A stretch of 64,000 bases of DNA from Hypanus sabinus (Eukaryota): positions 72,416,001 to 72,480,000 of the forward strand of contig NC_082712.1 in NCBI RefSeq assembly GCF_030144855.1. Direction: 5' to 3'. The notes beneath the pieces are model-generated. The model ran no database searches. It was given only the letters and a program-made list of their open reading frames with translations, and had not been told where the DNA came from. Of this stretch, positions 49,852-62,559 are shown one piece after another. Each line of letters starts with the position of its first letter. Positions within the stretch are counted from its first letter, which is position 1. The position numbers and the translations under genes are program-made.

Positions 49852-50373
49852 GTGCGAGTGGTGCTGTTGAACTGGTGTGCATGGTTTCTCCGAATGAAGA
49901 AACCTGGAGAAGGAAAGACTGACATCCCTTACAGGCACAACCAACAGCAGCAAAACCTCAGCAGCAGCATGGAGATGAGCAGGCTTCCCAGGCAGCGCTC
50001 TAGCAATGGCAACATGATCTACGTTGGCTATCACACTGTGGAGAACCCATGCTGCCCTCCCTGCAGCGACTCGAGCCTCATGTGTGATCGGATCGCTTGT
50101 GCACCCACTGAGGACAATGGCATTGCACAGAGTGGGCTTCTGGTTGGCAGTCCTCCTGAGATGGGGAAGATTCTAGAGGAGCTGCAGTTCATCAGCAGGC
50201 GCTTCAAGGACCAGGACGAAGGTGAAGCCATCTGCAGCGAATGGAAGTTTGCTGCCGCGGTTGTTGACAGACTCTGCCTCGTAACATTTACCGTTTTTTC
50301 TATAGTTTGTACATTTGCCATATTGATGTCAGCCCCAAATTTCATAGAAGCTGTTTCTAAAGATTTTGCATGA
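49852..50373 (+). CDS. chrna8: Last coding exon (M3-M4 cytoplasmic loop, MA helix, TM4, C-terminus) of the nAChR alpha8-like subunit
   Basis: Acceptor ctctcctaacttcctgacag|GTG, in frame (phase 0) with the preceding exon. Translates [20 protein letters not shown]...[19 protein letters not shown]...[23 protein letters not shown]...[51 protein letters not shown] and [10 protein letters not shown] match chicken alpha8 as I recall it. Paralogue call (alpha8 vs alpha7/alpha11) about 0.75. Confidence 0.93.
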   Translation: MRVVLLNWCAWFLRMKKPGEGKTDIPYRHNQQQQNLSSSMEMSRLPRQRSSNGNMIYVGYHTVENPCCPPCSDSSLMCDRIACAPTEDNGIAQSGLLVGSPPEMGKILEELQFISRRFKDQDEGEAICSEWKFAAAVVDRLCLVTFTVFSIVCTFAILMSAPNFIEAVSKDFA

Positions 50374-50391
50374 AACATGATTTGTATGAGG

Positions 50392-50670
50392 GTGCCAGTG
50401 TAGCATAGCAGTTAGCACAATGCTATTACAGCTGGGCGCGTTGGAGTTTGGAGTTCAAATCTGACATCACCTGTAAGGAGTCAGTATGTCCTCCCTGTGG
50501 AATGCATGAATTTTCTCCAGGTGCTCCGGTTTCTTCCCACAGTCCAAGGACATACTGGTTGGTCATTGTAAATTATCTCATGATTAGCCTAGAGTTGAAT
50601 CGGGGATTTCTGGAACAGCACAGCTCGATGGGCCTATTTTGCACTGTATCAGAATAAATATATAAATAAA
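50392..50670 (+). mobile_element. V-SINE (HE1-like) in the proximal 3'UTR of the nAChR gene
   Basis: tagcatagcagttagc, ggagttcaaatc, ccaggtgctccggtttcttcccacagtccaag. The tail carries AATAAA at 50653 and 50665. Confidence 0.82.
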
Positions 50671-52319
50671 TCCGTGAAATCTCAGCAAATCTTCAGTGGT
50701 CAAAAATGCTAAGCTGAGTGTTCCATTACTGAGCAAGTCATTTCTCATTTAAAAAACATACATTGCTCATTTTCCTTCCATTTTCATTAAAAATAATATA
50801 AAAACAAATAATTTTGCACTTCCATTTGAAATCAACCATTCTGTTGTCCAAATAATTGTATGACTAATGATGTTTGCTAATAACTTTCAAACTTAATTAC
50901 CAAAAATGATTTTGTGACAAGACTGATACAGCGATCACTTGCTGATTTCCAATTACCACAGACAGTCTACACAGTGGGGAATTGAAAATGGGCAGGAATC
51001 TTGCCTCTACAATCTGGTGACTAAATACTTCATCAAATAAAAGAAAACAGTATGACATTTGTCTCTCCCATTAACCTTCCAAAACAATTCAGTTGAGCAT
51101 TGTACATTGATGCAGTTTCATCAGAAAATGTTACAGTAAATATTCTTTCTTTTTTAATAAAAATATAATCCTGAATTACAAGTTAAGAACAGAACAAGTA
51201 GGTCCATCATCATAATGGAAAATGGCATTTGAAACTAGTACCTGAACAGCTACATTCCTAATACAGTCATGATATCTTTATTTTTTAATACCTATCATTG
51301 ATGGAAAGATTATAGTCTTTCCAATCAATTGTATAATATTCTCTTTAAATGTGTATATATATCTGGATAGCCTGTGTGACAACGCTGCAGATAGGTTTGA
51401 ACTATTGGGAGGTCAATGTGACTGATAATCTGTCACTAGTGAGTTGTGTGACAGAACTAACACAATCTGACAGAAGGTAAAATCTATAGATGCTACAGAA
51501 TCCATGACAAGCCAAATAAACTGGTGTTTGAATGTGGAATGCCAGTTCTACATCCATTCAATTTATGTACATATCCTGAGGTATTCATCGCAGACTCTAT
51601 TAATAAAGATTATATGCAGTTCTCAAAGAGGAGCTCGGAGATTAAGGCAAAGTACAGTCGACATACCGTAGATCAGAAAAACATTATGTGATCATTGATT
51701 TTAAAGCTGCTCATATGTACACATTTCCAATGAAGCATGAGTGACAGTATTTAAAACAAAAACATCATTGACTATAACATATGTTAATAACTACTTAAAT
51801 AAGACCAAAAAATACTGGGGATATTCACCAGGCCAGGCAGCATCATTTAAATGAATAACCTTTCATCAGATGACCCTTCATTGTGCTGAATGTCCGCAGC
51901 ATTTTCGGCTTTTATTTAAGATTTCCAGCATTGATGGCATATTTTAGCTTTATTGCTAATAATTCCTGAGCCCTAAAGGCTCCTATAATTATTTGTCCCC
52001 TTCATTTTCTATTAGCCCATAGAGTATATAGCATAGAAACATAGCACATATCTTAACTGCTCTCTATTGATGTTCGTCTTGCATTAAATTTTCCTTCATT
52101 TATCCCAAAAGGCATCTTACTGCTCCATTTTCTTCATGCTCAGAGTCTCCATGCTATTAACTTCAATTTGAATTTGTCCACATGTAGGAAGTTCCACATA
52201 CCAAATAGCTTCTGCATAAAATATTGCATTATTTTATTTGAACAATTATGTGCACCTGAATTCAACACTTCCCGATACTTCCTCTTCCATTTCTGCACTG
52301 TGATGATAGAATGACTTGC

Positions 52320-53200
52320 CTCTTCAAGAGTCACAGTATCATACAGCAAAGACTTGGGCCCTTTGTCTCAAATGGTCCATGCTAACCAAGATGTCAGCCA
52401 GACAAGCTTTTATCATTTGCTGATGCTTGTTCTATAACCTTCTAAACCTTTCCTGTCAGTGTACAATACCCGTCCAATGGTCTTTTTGAAAGTTTGTTTT
52501 AATGCCTGCCTCAACCATTTCTTCTGGCAGCTCTTTCAACTCCTTTTGCCCCTCAACTTCTGGTTAAATCTTTTCCCTAACCTTAAACTTGTACCCTCAA
52601 GTCTTGATTTCCCAACCCTGGGGGGAAAAAAACTAAGTACATTCACACATTCTATACCATCAGAATTTTATACACATACTGTGTATAAGACCACTTGCAG
52701 TCTCCTATGTTCCAAGAGAAAAAGGTTCTAAACTGTTCAGCCTCTCCCTATAACTCTGACCCTTCAGTCCTAACCATATCATTGTAAATCTTATCTGCAT
52801 TATTTACAATCTAATGAAGTCTTTACTATAGCAGGGTGACCAAAACTAACCACAATATTCCAAGTGTCTTATACAAGCACAGCATAATATCCCAACTTCT
52901 GTACTTAGTGACGAAGGCCAGCATATCATAACTCACCTTTCACAGCAGCTTACCCTGAGGAACCTACCAAAGGCCTCATCGAAGTCCATATAGATTACAT
53001 CCATTACCCTGCTCTCATTGACCTTCTTTGTTATTTCATCAAACACTTAATCAAGTTTGTAAGATTATGATTGTGCATGCTGCCTACCCCTAATCAATGC
53101 CCGACTTGCATGATGCATGTATATCTTCTCCCTCAGAATCCTCTCCAGCAAATAACTTACCACAGATGTTAGGCTTACTGGTATATACTTCCCCAACTCT
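52320..53200 (-). mobile_element. Old CR1 3' fragment
   Basis: CR1 3'UTR/RT remnants (gaccaaaactaaccacaatattccaagtg = HLEYC..FW on the minus strand). Confidence 0.7.
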
Positions 53201-54473
53201 GCAACTTATTGTGCCTCTCTTACAGTGAATGAACTGAAATTGGAAATTGGGGCTGTAAGGACACCATTAGTTATAGCACCTAGGCATTTGCAAGTTGGAG
53301 AGTGATATATTTTAGTCCTAACCTGTAGTAACATAGCTTGAAGCCAGTTTGAGGTGTAATGACACCATAAGGTGTGTTCTTGGAAGCTTGATTGCTTCTG
53401 TTAAAAAAAAAGATTATTATTTGATGTTTCTATTAAAAATGCAGAAAATAAGGTGCATACAAATAAATGTTTTGAAGAGGGCCAAATGAGAACTTAAAAT
53501 GTTGATCACTGTTTCTTGTTTAGGCCACTGATCAATAAACCTATTAGTATGCCATAATTCGTCTAGCTTAGCCTGTCAGAAGCCATACTGTTACAAGGTA
53601 TTAAAATGGGTTTCTCCTGCAATGTGCATTGATCCCATCAAATGGCTAAATCAAACAATACCCTTGGTGATCATTCATTTTGTAGTAAGTCTTGTTCTAC
53701 TGCTAACTAGACTTTAGCCATACAGAAGTGTCTGGAATTACACAGTCATCCACTGTTACTCACCTTTAGGTATATTTGCTCAAAGCTTACATAAACCTAG
53801 CCTGATATGTTTGATGTTGTTTAAATTTCTGGTAAACTTGCTGGATTTTACTTTGGAGATTCCTTTCTGTCCACCTTTTCAATAAATGTGACAGTATGTG
53901 CAGCAAAGGATACATTTGATATATAGCTGACTATAACTATATGCATAATTAATGCTTGTTGATCTCCATTTACATCAGTGTTCATGCATTATACTGGTAT
54001 TAAAATAAAAGTTAAATCATAGTCTCAGGTAGACTCAGGTGGATAAGATTGGTTGCTTTATACAATATCTGGCAAAACATTTCCAATATTTAATGAGTGC
54101 CTCATCTATTATGTAAGAAAGCATTAAAAGTAGCTGAAGATTTCATTTGTATCTAGCATATCATTCTTCCTTCTTTGATTAAAATTTACATGAGTATACA
54201 TTTATGCTTGTCTGGAATTTTTCTGTCAATAAAAGTCAAGAATTAATCCACTTCAATTGTTTAATTTTTAATTATGGGCAATTTCGACAAATGGTGCATG
54301 ATAGAGAAATTTCGAAGTGACTTTCAAGATCGGCAGCCTGAAATCCACAAGATACACCTAAAGGTATTCAAGAAACAAAATCTTTGCTGCCATTGTGATA
54401 TCCATGAAAAATTTAGAATGCAGGTCAGAGTCATTGAGAATCTCATGGGACACCAATTCTGAGAGTTTCGGGA

Positions 54474-54607
54474 ATCTGTTCCATGATAAATTAGTTCATC
54501 AGTGCACAAAATACACTTCAGCTTTTCAATTCACTGTATAATCTGTTCCATGATAAATTAGTTCATCAGTGCACAAAATACACTTCAGCTTTTCAATTCA
54601 CTGTATA
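54474..54607. repeat. Perfect 67-bp tandem duplication
   Basis: ATCTGTTCCATGATAAATTAG...TTCAATTCACTGTATA occurs twice, identical, with AAT microhomology at all three junctions. Confidence 0.95.
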
Positions 54608-54769
54608 ATGGAGCATTATGCTTCATTAACCTAACAAACAAAGACGAGTTACCCCGTCAAGCCAATCCTCTGAGGCGGACTAGGTGACTCTAGCTTAATC
54701 TGAGGCTGTATGCAATTCATTTGATTTCCTGGAATAATTAATTATCAACAGGAGAGTGATGGTAAAATA

Positions 54770-56697
54770 AAATATGAAGAAAATCTACCCTACAATATCA
54801 AGAAAGAAACAAAAGTTTTTTTTCAGATACATAAAAATTAAAAGAAAGGCAAGAGTGAACATGAGACAGCTGGAAAATTACGCTGTTGTAGCGGTGTGCT
54901 ACACACAGTGCTGGAATAACGACAGACGGTGAGTTGCAGTTGCGTAAAAGATTTATTCAAACTTCGCGGCCTCGCTTTTAAGCCTTCCCGTTTCCGCCCT
55001 CCCCAGGCGGGAATGCTGTAGGGGATGCATATTCACAGTCCCTTCCCGCGTGTGGGCTTTTCCCCTTGCTGGTGAAGAAGGCCTGGCACCCTTTTTGGGG
55101 CCGGCCTCTCTGCCGGTTTTGTGAGCCGGTTCGAGTGCACTGGAAAGTGGGTCACCACACTGTTACTAAAGAGAATGAGCTTGGGAAACTGAAAGGTTTG
55201 AAAGTGGGCAAGTTCCCTGAACTGGAAGGACTACACAGCAGGGTTCTGAAAGTGGTTGCTGAACAGATTAGTAGTGATCATTCAAGAATTACTAGACAGG
55301 ACTCAAAAATCACAAATATCACTCCATTCTCTATAAGGAAGAAAGGTAAAAGAAAAGGAATTATAAGTCAGTTGGCTTGACTTCAGTGGTTGGTAAAATT
55401 TTGGAGTCCATTATGAAGGATGAGGTTTCAGCATACTTGGAGATGCATGATAATACAGTCTAATGTCAGCATTATTTCCTTAAAGGGACATCTTGCTTGA
55501 CAAATCTGTTGGTATTCTTTGATGAAGTGACAAGCAGGATAGATAGATAAAGGAGAGTAGTAGGTATTGTTTACTTGTATTTTCAGTAGGTCTTTGACAA
55601 GGTGCCACACACGAGTCTGATAAACAAGATAAGAGCCCATGGGATTATAGGAAAGAAACTAGCAAGGATATAAATTTGGCTGATCATCAGAAGGCAAAGA
55701 GTGAGAATAAAGGGGGCCTTTTCTGGTTGGCTGCTGGTGACTAAAGGTGCTCTCCACAGAATGGTAATGGGTCTGCTATTTTTCACATTATACATTAATG
55801 ATCTGGGTGACAGAATTGATGGCTTTCTGGCCAAGTTTGCGTATGATACAACAGGTGAAAGCGCAGGTAGCTTTGAGTAAGTAGGGAGTCTGCAGAAAGA
55901 AAAGACCTTCGCAGATGAGGAGGATGGGCAAAGAATTAACAGATGGAATATAGTGTAGGGAAGTGCATGGTCATGTACTTTGGTAGAAAAAAGTAAACCA
56001 TTTTCTAAATAGGCAGAGAATTCAGAATCAAAGGTGCAAAGGGACTTGGGAGCCCTAGTGGAGGATTTCCCACAGGTTGACTTGCAAGTTGAATCTGTGG
56101 TAAGGAAGGCAAGTAAATTAGCAATCATTTTGAGAGGACTAGAATATAAAGCAAGGATGTAATGCTGAGGATTTATAAGTTGTTGGTTGTAATTGAAATG
56201 GGTCCAAAGGAGGTTCATGAGAATGATCCTGGGAATGAAAGGGTTAAGATATGAAGACCATTTGATGGCTCTGCAGCTGTACTCACTGGAGTTTAAAAGA
56301 ATGAGAAGGGGATCATACTGAAAGCTGCAGAATATGGAAAGAAAGAATGGACTTGCAGAGGGTGTTTCCAATAGTGTGGGAGACTAGGATGATAGGGCAT
56401 ATACTCAGAATAAAAAATAAACTCAGTCTATCTAGAACAGAGATGAAGAGGAATTTCTTTAGCCAATAGCTGGTGAATCTATGGAATTCATTGTCACAGA
56501 TGGTTGTGGAAGACAAGACAGTGGGTAAAGTTGACATGGGAGCTGATAGGTTTTTGATTAGGAAGGGCATCAAAGATTAGAGATAATGGCAGGAGAATGG
56601 AAGTTAGGATTGAGAGGGATTAATAAATCAGCTGTGATCGAATGGTGGAGCAGACCTAATGGGATGACTGGCCTAATTCTGCTCCTATACCTTATGG
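54770..56697 (+). mobile_element. Degraded CR1 RT/3'UTR, interrupted by a solo LTR
   Basis: Paralogous to 13560-15408 (cttgcttgacaaatctgttgg, tttgacaaggtgccacac, gccaagtttgcgtatgatac, aatttctttagcca). Confidence 0.88.
54887..55159 (-). mobile_element. Young Ty3/Gypsy-type solo LTR, 273 bp, 4-bp TSD
   Basis: TSD CTGT at 54883-86 and 55160-63. TGTAGCG...CACCACA termini. CpG-rich. AATAAA on the minus strand near 54952. Confidence 0.85.
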
Positions 56698-56899
56698 TAG
56701 TAAAAGAAATATAATTTCTCAAACATCGGAATAATGTTACATCAGGTATTAAACAAATTACAGACATAAATTTGGATTTGAGCAATGCAAGCCATAGCAA
56801 AAAACTACAATTCCTCTGTGGAATTTTTTTCTGATTTTATAAATGTAATTGGGAAAGATGTCTATACTTTCTATACTATACTCTCTTGGAAAAACAACC

Positions 56900-57260
56900 A
56901 ATAAAAATCAAAGAGCTCTTCCATTCTGGATATTCTCTCTTCTCCCTCCTTCTATCAGGATGAAAGTCCTAAAGCCTTTAAGCACATACCTCTAGGCTCA
57001 GGGACAGTTTCTGTCCCACTCTTATAAGACTAGTGAATAGGTCTCTTTGATGATAAGATGGTCTTTTGATCTTACTGTCTTAGACAAGGCATCTTGCACC
57101 TTATGTCTACTTGTGCTTTCTCTGTAACCACAACACTTTGTTCTACATTTCATTCATGCCTTTTCCTTGTCCTACCTCAATGCACTGGTGTCATGAAATG
57201 ATCTGTACAGAAGGCATGCAAAACAAAATATCTCAGCCAACAATAAACCAATTACCAATA
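56900..57260 (+). mobile_element. Rex1/Babar 3' end with 3'UTR
   Basis: ...ctcagggacagtttctgtcccact...aagactagtgaa (RLRDSF.P..IRL.N-like), then a tail similar to 7320-7400. Confidence 0.6.
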
Positions 57261-57689
57261 CTTGAAATTGAAAATTGAGTGAAAATCAAATAAACTACAA
57301 ATAGTGGAAATCCAAAATAAAAACAGAAAATGCTTATATTCAACAAGTCAGACCACATCAGATCTCCGTGTCCACAATGTCTAACTGTATCCATTCACCA
57401 AATGGCCAGATAACCTGGTTACTATCAGAGACATCTGCCCTTCATCCACCTTCCCTGCAACTTAAAGAGCTACTTTTGTCTCCTACCCTGGTCTTCAACC
57501 TGAAACATTAACCCTATTTTCTTCCCACAGATGCTGCCTGACATATACATGTGATCCTAGAGTATTTGAATATTCCTTTCTATTTTGAATATTTTTAAAC
57601 TTTAATAATGTCTCAATTTCTTGATGTTCCTATTTTTCTCTTCTTGGTTTTTGGGTTACAGTCAATCTGAATAACATTAAAAAAGGACC

Positions 57690-60600
57690 AGTCCCAACAC
57701 ACTTGCATCCCCCATCAGGATCCCCTTAAGGTTATCCTTTCTTCCTAGAAAACAGAACTCCTCTACTAACACCTTCTTTATACTTACGAACATCACTCTC
57801 TCTTTTGACTACTCCTACTTTCTCCAAATCAAATGTGAGTTATGGGCTCCAGTTACACCTGCTGTTTTGTTGGCTAGTAGAGCAGATTTCACTCCCAACT
57901 CTTCATCCACTACATGGATAACAACAATGGTGCTACCTTATACATTTCACTACCAACTTAAGATGGCACTGGTTCCTCATGGCAACACTTTGCAGGCTGC
58001 TCACAACATTTCTAGATATACAGTACCTCTTCTGAACTGCTATCACTGTAATCTGTGGCTTGTATTTTCCTTTTTAAGTAACACTCTTTTAAAACATCCT
58101 AACAAACTAGTGATTCTATGATTCCTGAAGGACTGCAGGTACAGCAGCTTTAAGTGGATAAAGGTACTTCACCATGGCTGGAAGAGAGATCCGCAGGGAG
58201 GACTCCAAGCCAGACTTAACTTCCTCTAACCAGCATCTTGTTAGCAAATGTACATTTTCTGGAGAAGAAGATAAAGGACCTAAGGGCAAGATTGCTGTAT
58301 TGGATATGAGGAGATGATGCATTCTTTGTTTGATGGAGACATGGCTCACCTCAGACACGCTGGATTCAGTGATCAGATTCAAGGGTTTCTCAATCTACCA
58401 GATAGAATGAACTGCTGGTTCGAAGAGGGTAAAAGGTGGGAGTCTGTGTTTCATGATAAACTCTTTGTGGTGCTTGGACCACAGTCTTGTCATACTCTTG
58501 TTCCTCTAAACAGGAACATCTAATGATTAAATGTTCTACATACCGAGAGTTCTCCACTGTGATCCTGACCATAGTTTACATACCACCAAAGGCTAACTTA
58601 ATGCATCGAGTGCCATGATTAGCAAACCTGAAACAGCCTAACTCAATGCCTTTCAAATCTTTGCTGGGGACTTCAAACAAGCTTGCCTGAAGAAATCTCT
58701 GCCTCATTATCATCAACATATCACCTGCAGCAGCAGGGGTCCCAGCACACTTGACCACCGCTGTACCTTCCATTCCTAAGTCACATTTCAGGAAATCTGA
58801 TCATCTGGCTATCCTTCTCCTATCAGCATACAGGATGAGGCTAAAGAGCAAGGAACTTCAGGTAAGGACAATGAAGAGATAGTCACAGGATGAAGAGGAA
58901 CCATTATGGCACTTCTTCGAGTCAATGGACTGTGTGAAGTTTGAGGATTCATCAGAGGATCTGAATGATACGTCATGGTTGTCATAAATTTATAGAGTCA
59001 GTTGTGGATGAGTGTGTCCTTAAAAATCATTTTGAGTGTTCCCCAACCAGAAGCCCTGGATGAACTAAGAGATCTGCAATCTGCCAAAGGCCAGATCTGG
59101 TGACCAAGTTAAATGCAATGGGTCCAAGATGGAAAACCATCTCACATGCAAAGTGCCAATCCAGGACCAAAACTGAATCACAGAAGGATGCTCAACAGCT
59201 GTGGCAGAGCTTGAATGCTATCATCTCCTACAAGGAAAAAAAAACCAAGCAGCATACATGACAATAAAGTTTCATTCCTAGATGAGCTCAATGTGTTTTA
59301 TACTTATTTTGACCAACAAAACATGGAGGCACCTTCACAAACTCCCACAGCCCCTGACAAACCTGTGATTTCAGTCTCTGAGGCTGACATGAGAGCGTCC
59401 TCCTGGAGGGTGAACCCACAGAAAGCATCTGGACCAAATGGGGTACTTGGCCAAGTACTGAAAACTGGCTGAAGTGTCCATTGATATTTCAAAACTCTAA
59501 CTTCAGCAGTCTGAGGTATTCACTTGTTGTAAGCAGGCTTTAAATATACAGGTGTCCAAGGAGAGTGTGGTAACCTGCTTCAATGACAATTGAACAGTAA
59601 CATTTACATCCACAGTGATGAAGTACTTTGAGAGGTTGGTAATGAAACATATCAACTCCTGCCTGAGGAATGACTTGGATCTGCTCCAAGATTCCCACTG
59701 TCACAATAGGTTAACAGCAGATTCCATTTCACTGGCTCTCCACCTAACCCTGGAACATCTAGACAGTGAAGCTGCATACAACAGGATGTTGTTTATTGAC
59801 TACAGCTCATCATGTAATCCCATCAAAGCTAATCAAGACCTAGGCCTCAATACTTCCTTATGAAACTGGATCCTCAATTTCCTCACTTGCAGACCACATT
59901 CAGTTTGGATTGGCGACAACATCTCATCCTCAATCATGACCACCACAGGTGTACCACAATCTTTGCTGATGACACCACTGTTGTTGGCCAGCTCAAAGGT
60001 GGTGATGAATCAGTATATTCTGTAGGAGGGAAATTGAAAATCTGCCTGAATTGTACCACAACAACTAACTTTCACTCAATCTCAGCAACACAAAAGAGTT
60101 GATTATTGACTCCAGGAAAAGGAAACTGAAAGGTCATGTGCCAGTCCTGATTATGGGATTGGAGGTGGAGAGGTCCAGTAAGATTAAACTCATTGGTATT
60201 ATCTTATCAGATGATTGGTCCCAGGATCAACACTTAAGTGCCATTACAAAGATGGCATTGCAGCACATATCCTTTAGACGTTTGTGGAGATTCATTGTGT
60301 CATCTAAAATTTTGAGAAACTTCTATAGATGCAAGTGGAGAGTGGACTGGTTGCATCATAGCCTGGTATGGAAACACCAGCGCTCTGGGATGGAAAAGCC
60401 TACTGGATACTGCTCAGACAATCACCTTTGAGCACATTTGAGCACATCTACATACATCAAGCACTGTTGTGGGAAAGCAGCATCCATCATCAAGGAACCC
60501 TCACCATCCAGGACATGCTCTGTTCTTGCTGCTGCCATCAAGGAAGAGACACAGGAGTCTCATGACCCACACCACCTGTTTCAGGAACAATTATTGCCCC

Positions 60601-62300
60601 TCAACCAACAGGATCTTGAATCAGAGGGGATAACTTATCTCAACTTCATTCACCCCATCACTGAACATTTCCTACAACCTATAAACTCACTCTCAAGGAC
60701 TCTTCATCCCATTTTCTCTTTTTTTTCTTTTTGTATTTGCACAGTTTGTTATCATTTGCACATTGATTGTTTATCAATCTTGCCTGTGTTTTTCATTGAC
60801 TCTTTTGTGTTTCTTTGTATTTACTGTGAATGCCCACAAGATAAAGAATCTCAGGGTAGGATATGGTAACATATATATACTTTGAACTTCCATGTTGCTC
60901 TCAAATTCATTTGGTCTATGTCTAACACCTCTCTTGCCTTTCCTGATTTCACTGTCTCTCAACAAACAGACCATCCACTTATGCTTATTACAAATCTGGT
61001 TCCTACAACTACCTAGACTACACATCCTCCAACCTTGTCTCTTGCAAGGACCTATTTCTTTATTCTCAGTTTCTCCGCCTCAAATGTATTTGTTCTCAAA
61101 ATGAGGCCTCATGCAATGTCTTCCTTTTTCAGAAAATGGGGCTTCACTCCTATTGATTTTGATGGAGCTTTCAAATGCATCTCCTCTATTTTCAGTCTAT
61201 GCAGCCAGCGCATTATTTTTCAAAATAACAGCAGGTACATTACCAGCCACATCTTCCCCTCCTTACTACTTTCAGCCTTCTGCAGGGACCACTCCTTGAC
61301 TCCATACTCTATTCATTTCTCCTTCCCTTCTTTCCCCTGTCCCTACACCTCATCCGTCACTGCCATTCAGGGCCCTAAACAGCTCTTCAAAGTGAGCCAA
61401 ACATCCAACAACATTCTCACTGCATTCATTACGGCTGTTGTGGCCTCCTCTGTAACAGTGAGAGCAAGCACAGACTAGGCAACCACTTTGCCGAGCACCT
61501 GCACACCACCCACCATAGCTTCCTGAAGCTCCCAGATGCTAGCCACTTAAATACCCCTGCCGAAGGGTTTTGGCCTGAAACATCAATTGTACTTTTTTTC
61601 ATAGATGCTGCCTGGCCTGCTGAGTTCGTCCAGCATCTTGTGTGTTGCTCGGATTTCCAGCATCTGCAGAGTTTCTCTTGTTTGTCATTTATATACCACC
61701 CCCCCCCCCCATTCCTACACCATGATGTCTGTCCTTGGCCTCTATTGCCAGAGTGAGGCTGAAGGTAATCCAGCGGAACTTGACCTCATATTCTACCTGG
61801 GTAGTTTATAGCCCAATAGCACGATGCTTCCAATTTCAGGTAAACTGTTGTTTCTCTGTTCCTTTTCTCTCTCTCTTCCTAATCTACCTATTTCATCCCA
61901 TATCCATCCCAGACCCTTCACCCTGCTTCTTCCACTCATCCACCCTATTGTTCCTATTTCCCCCTATGCTTTACCTATCAGATTCCATCATCCGGAGAAC
62001 CTTGTCACATCCCACTATCACCTTCAAGCCACTGTCACTATTCCTACTCTTCCCTTATCTATCTGCCTATCGTCCCTCCTCAACTGGATCCACCTATGCT
62101 TGCCAGCTCTTGTTCCACTGCTTTCCCTCCCCTCTTTCTACTGACTGCCTCTCCTCTATCTTTCAGTCCAGGTGAAGAACCTTGAACTAAATGTCAACTG
62201 TCCATTTCCTTTCATATATGCTGCCTAGTCTGCTGAGTCCCCTCAGAGTCTTATTGCTTTTACTACAAATTCCAGCACCTGCATTCTCTTCTGTCTCTAT
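57690..62300 (+). mobile_element. Degraded Penelope-like element (RT 57690-57959 and 60890-61150; GIY-YIG 61340-61830; terminal repeat 62160-62300), split by a Rex LINE
   Basis: Left part: T.IPHQ..., HFLQ.K...MG.SY.C.FVG, F.HYMD remnants. Right part resumes FH.ALKF.WS.S.TSL.F.D...YLDYTSS..SCK..YSQFLRL.CICSQ, then AIQGPKQLFKV. Confidence 0.8.
57960..60889 (+). mobile_element. Degraded near full-length Rex1/Babar LINE inserted into a Penelope element
   Basis: Starts AAGATGGC. APE remnants at 58300-58800. ORFs 59215-59472 (LDELN.FY..F...VNP.KASGP), 59615-59863 (MKYFERLVMKHI...RMLFIDYSS), 59860-60102 (IFADDTTVVG). ACTTTGAACTT tail. Confidence 0.88.
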
Positions 62301-62559
62301 TCATAAACCCCGACTCTTACACGAAAGTTTGCTCTGGTGTCTACAAGCTAACATTAAATATTCAAGTAAGTATACTCATTCCTATTGAGCTTGTTAATTG
62401 GTCCAACAGATTGCTGCTGTTATCATTGTTGGTCAAATAGCTCTTAAGATTAGAAAATCATTTTGAGAGAATTATTTTGGTTAATTACTTTTCATTTGAC
62501 ACATGAAGCAACCCATGACCCAGCAGGGTGTCTCTTTTCCTCCATTGCTGAATTATCAC

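Noticed and set aside
50031-50378. Antisense ORF overlapping the last exon, and other antisense ORFs over LINEs
   Set aside because: These are shadow ORFs produced by codon structure on the coding strand, with no independent motifs or splice signals.
61555-61600. Active hammerhead ribozyme as an ncRNA feature
   Set aside because: The catalytic core is mutated (CTGCCGA; GAAACATC instead of GAAACGTC) and the stem I 5' strand is missing. Reported only as a decayed family.
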